A stretch of 64,000 nt of DNA from Chrysomallon squamiferum (taxonomy: Eukaryota > Animalia > Mollusca). Of the stretch, positions 61,720 to 64,000 are shown piece by piece (within the stretch, counting starts at the first letter, position 1; each line of letters begins with the position of its first letter). The stretch lies in assembly GCA_012295275.1 (NCBI GenBank), contig CM022673.1, positions 18,910,001 through 18,974,000 on the forward strand, in the 5' to 3' direction. The position numbers and the translations under genes are program-made. Below the pieces are notes generated by a model that did no database searches, was not told the origin of the DNA, and worked only from the letters and a program-made list of their open reading frames with translations.

Positions 61720-64000
61720 GGAAAACGGTGTAGTTTTGAAATGTCACGCTTACATTAATTCTAATAGGAGACAAACACGATATTGGATGATATATTTATT
61801 GATTCATTTTTGCTTCGCAAAAATCGTATAATAGAACGTAATACAATCCGGTCCTGCCTTTAATTTTTAGAGTCAGAAAGAGAGGCGGCACGAAATGTTT
61901 CGATAGCACTCTGATGGTAACATCCGGTTGCTTGATCAGATTTCAACCGTAATGGTTATAATAAACTCACGTAATGTTGCCCAGGTTAAAGCAGTTTGTG
62001 CGAAACTTCAGTTAATGTCAGCCTGATGAATGCTTTAAAACATTAATATATAAATACAACGTTGTTCGGTACGCAGTGGTAGGTACAAATGGTAAATTAG
62101 TTTAAGCTTGTTTTTAGTACCAAGAATTAATTAACATGTTACTACCTTGTATGAAAGATAGATTTAGAATTACATACACAAAATCATTTGTATCCACTTC
62201 ATCATCAGAAATAGTTGATTTTGTTGTTGTTGTTGTCTTTTTTTTAAATTTATTTATTGAAAACGGTTCTACATTTTTAACTAATTAATTTCTTGTTTAT
62301 AAAATTGACTTAAATTGCTCCTTTTGATTGGTGTCTATGTTCAGTTTGATTAGTGAAGAACTGATAAAATACATGAAATGTTACTTATTAATAAAGTCAT
62401 CTATTTGACAAATTACTGACAAACACAAAGTATGTCATAGACAAACAGTAATATATAAATACGAAAAGAATTGGTAAATACTGTCTGGCCAGTTCAGCAC
62501 GTCATACATTATTATTCTTTAAAACTAGATTGTTAATGTAATATCTATGGGTCGTTTGATGCTGGACAAATCGTTAATGAAATATTGTCTGTTTAATAAA
62601 TTTTAATTAAAACGTAAGTTTCCTATTTTAAACTTGTATTTTGCAGCATTTGTGACTACACACACTCCATCTACCTAACTGTTTTGAATCTGTGTGAAGT
62701 TGTGTAACCACCTGCCCTAACTGAGATATTTTTGTCCAAGAATTATGGAAATTTGATGAAAAATCCATCAATAGTTAAACAAATGTAACCACTGATAACA
62801 AGTTTTATCATTACAATCTTAGTTTTGTTTCTGCACGAGGAAGAACGAAAGTTTATTTGGATATTTCTATTAAAAAAAATATATATAAAACAGAAACAAA
62901 AAAAATATATATATATAACAAAATAAAAAATTAAAGAACAAATGCAAAAAGAATGAACATTTTGATGCCTGTTGTCAATTTATATTGACTTCCTGACAGA
63001 TGAACGTGGAATAGTGAGTTTCTTCACCTTCATCTTGTCGGTGTGATACTCAAATCATTTGCTAATGATGTTTGTTTCCCTTCATTTTAGATCGATTCAT
63101 ATCTCAGACAGACAAACTGCTTTTCCAAATGCAAGTTAATACAATTGTTATCAGGTGACTGTTTTATTTCCTAGCATATTTTTAAATCGTCATCAATACA
63201 AAATTGTGAGAAATGTTAACCTATAATGTACAAAATAGTTAGGTAAATATAAACATATGTAAAAACTCTGTTTCAAGATACAGTTGTTTTCTTTAGTTTT
63301 AAGACATATTTACAAAAGTTAGCTTTGATAATGATGATATTATTTGGCTAGTTTTATCTGTTTAGTCTTTAAACCGCAGTTACTACTTCGTGAACAGTTG
63401 TAAAAACATAGTGAGTTTGCCGTTAAATAAATACGAATTTCTTATTTTCGCATTATTATTAACCTCTTCATGAATTTAAAATTACGTACATATATATAAA
63501 CACCTAATTTCTGTGTTTTAAAGTTTACATCAATAGATTTTAAAGTTTGTATTTTAGTGTTCCCATCATAAAATGGAAGCTAATAGAACTGAAATATATT
63601 GTACTGTCATCATGATGAAATCTATGACACTAGTATTAACATAATCACTGAATCACCAGTCATCGCAATGTTACTAATTATGTATAATTTTAAACATTAT
63701 GTTTTTGTTTTTTTTGTTCTTTTATTGTTGTTTTTTTATTTTGTTTTCTTGTTCTTATTTTGGGTGTGTGTGTGTTTTTAATAAGAATAGATGCATAACG
63801 ATGTTATAATTACTTCTAATTTGATGGCGAAGAATAATCATTGAAGTTTAAAATTAACGCCTATGTCTTAAATTTCCGTTTTTATTTACAAATATTTTGG
63901 TAATTATGTTTTTAACCTATAAATCCTTCAGATAATTAAAATGAAGCAAACAGTATTTGGTCAGATGTCAGTTAATTATTAGATTCTCCTGGAAAAAGGC

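Noticed and set aside
61000-64000. CpG-containing patches that might be the promoter of a further gene
   Set aside because: No coding exon could be identified within the window.

Overview
AT-rich (roughly 30% GC), intron-dense animal genomic DNA, probably an invertebrate such as a mollusc (inferred from composition and TE content). Three multi-exon housekeeping genes were rebuilt by hand from splice sites and protein similarity: eIF4G2/DAP5/NAT1 (minus strand, 23 coding exons, no AUG, initiating at a CUG), ZNF143/ZNF76 (Staf; plus strand, head-to-head with eIF4G2) and alpha-adaptin AP2A (plus strand, 23 coding exons, one U12-type intron). A Sola2-like element with long TIRs sits inside a decayed Kolobok element in an eIF4G2 intron. 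There is also an internally deleted Academ (XPG-type) transposon downstream of AP2A, several hAT and Tc1/mariner MITEs, a 314-bp tandem duplication and microsatellites. Main oddities: the CUG start, a +1 frameshift in a conserved eIF4G2 MIF4G exon, ZNF143-type binding sites in the promoter ZNF143 shares with eIF4G2, and a candidate RBFOX-flanked cassette exon in the AP2A hinge. Exon coordinates were read by eye and may be off by 1-2 nt. No database searches were run.
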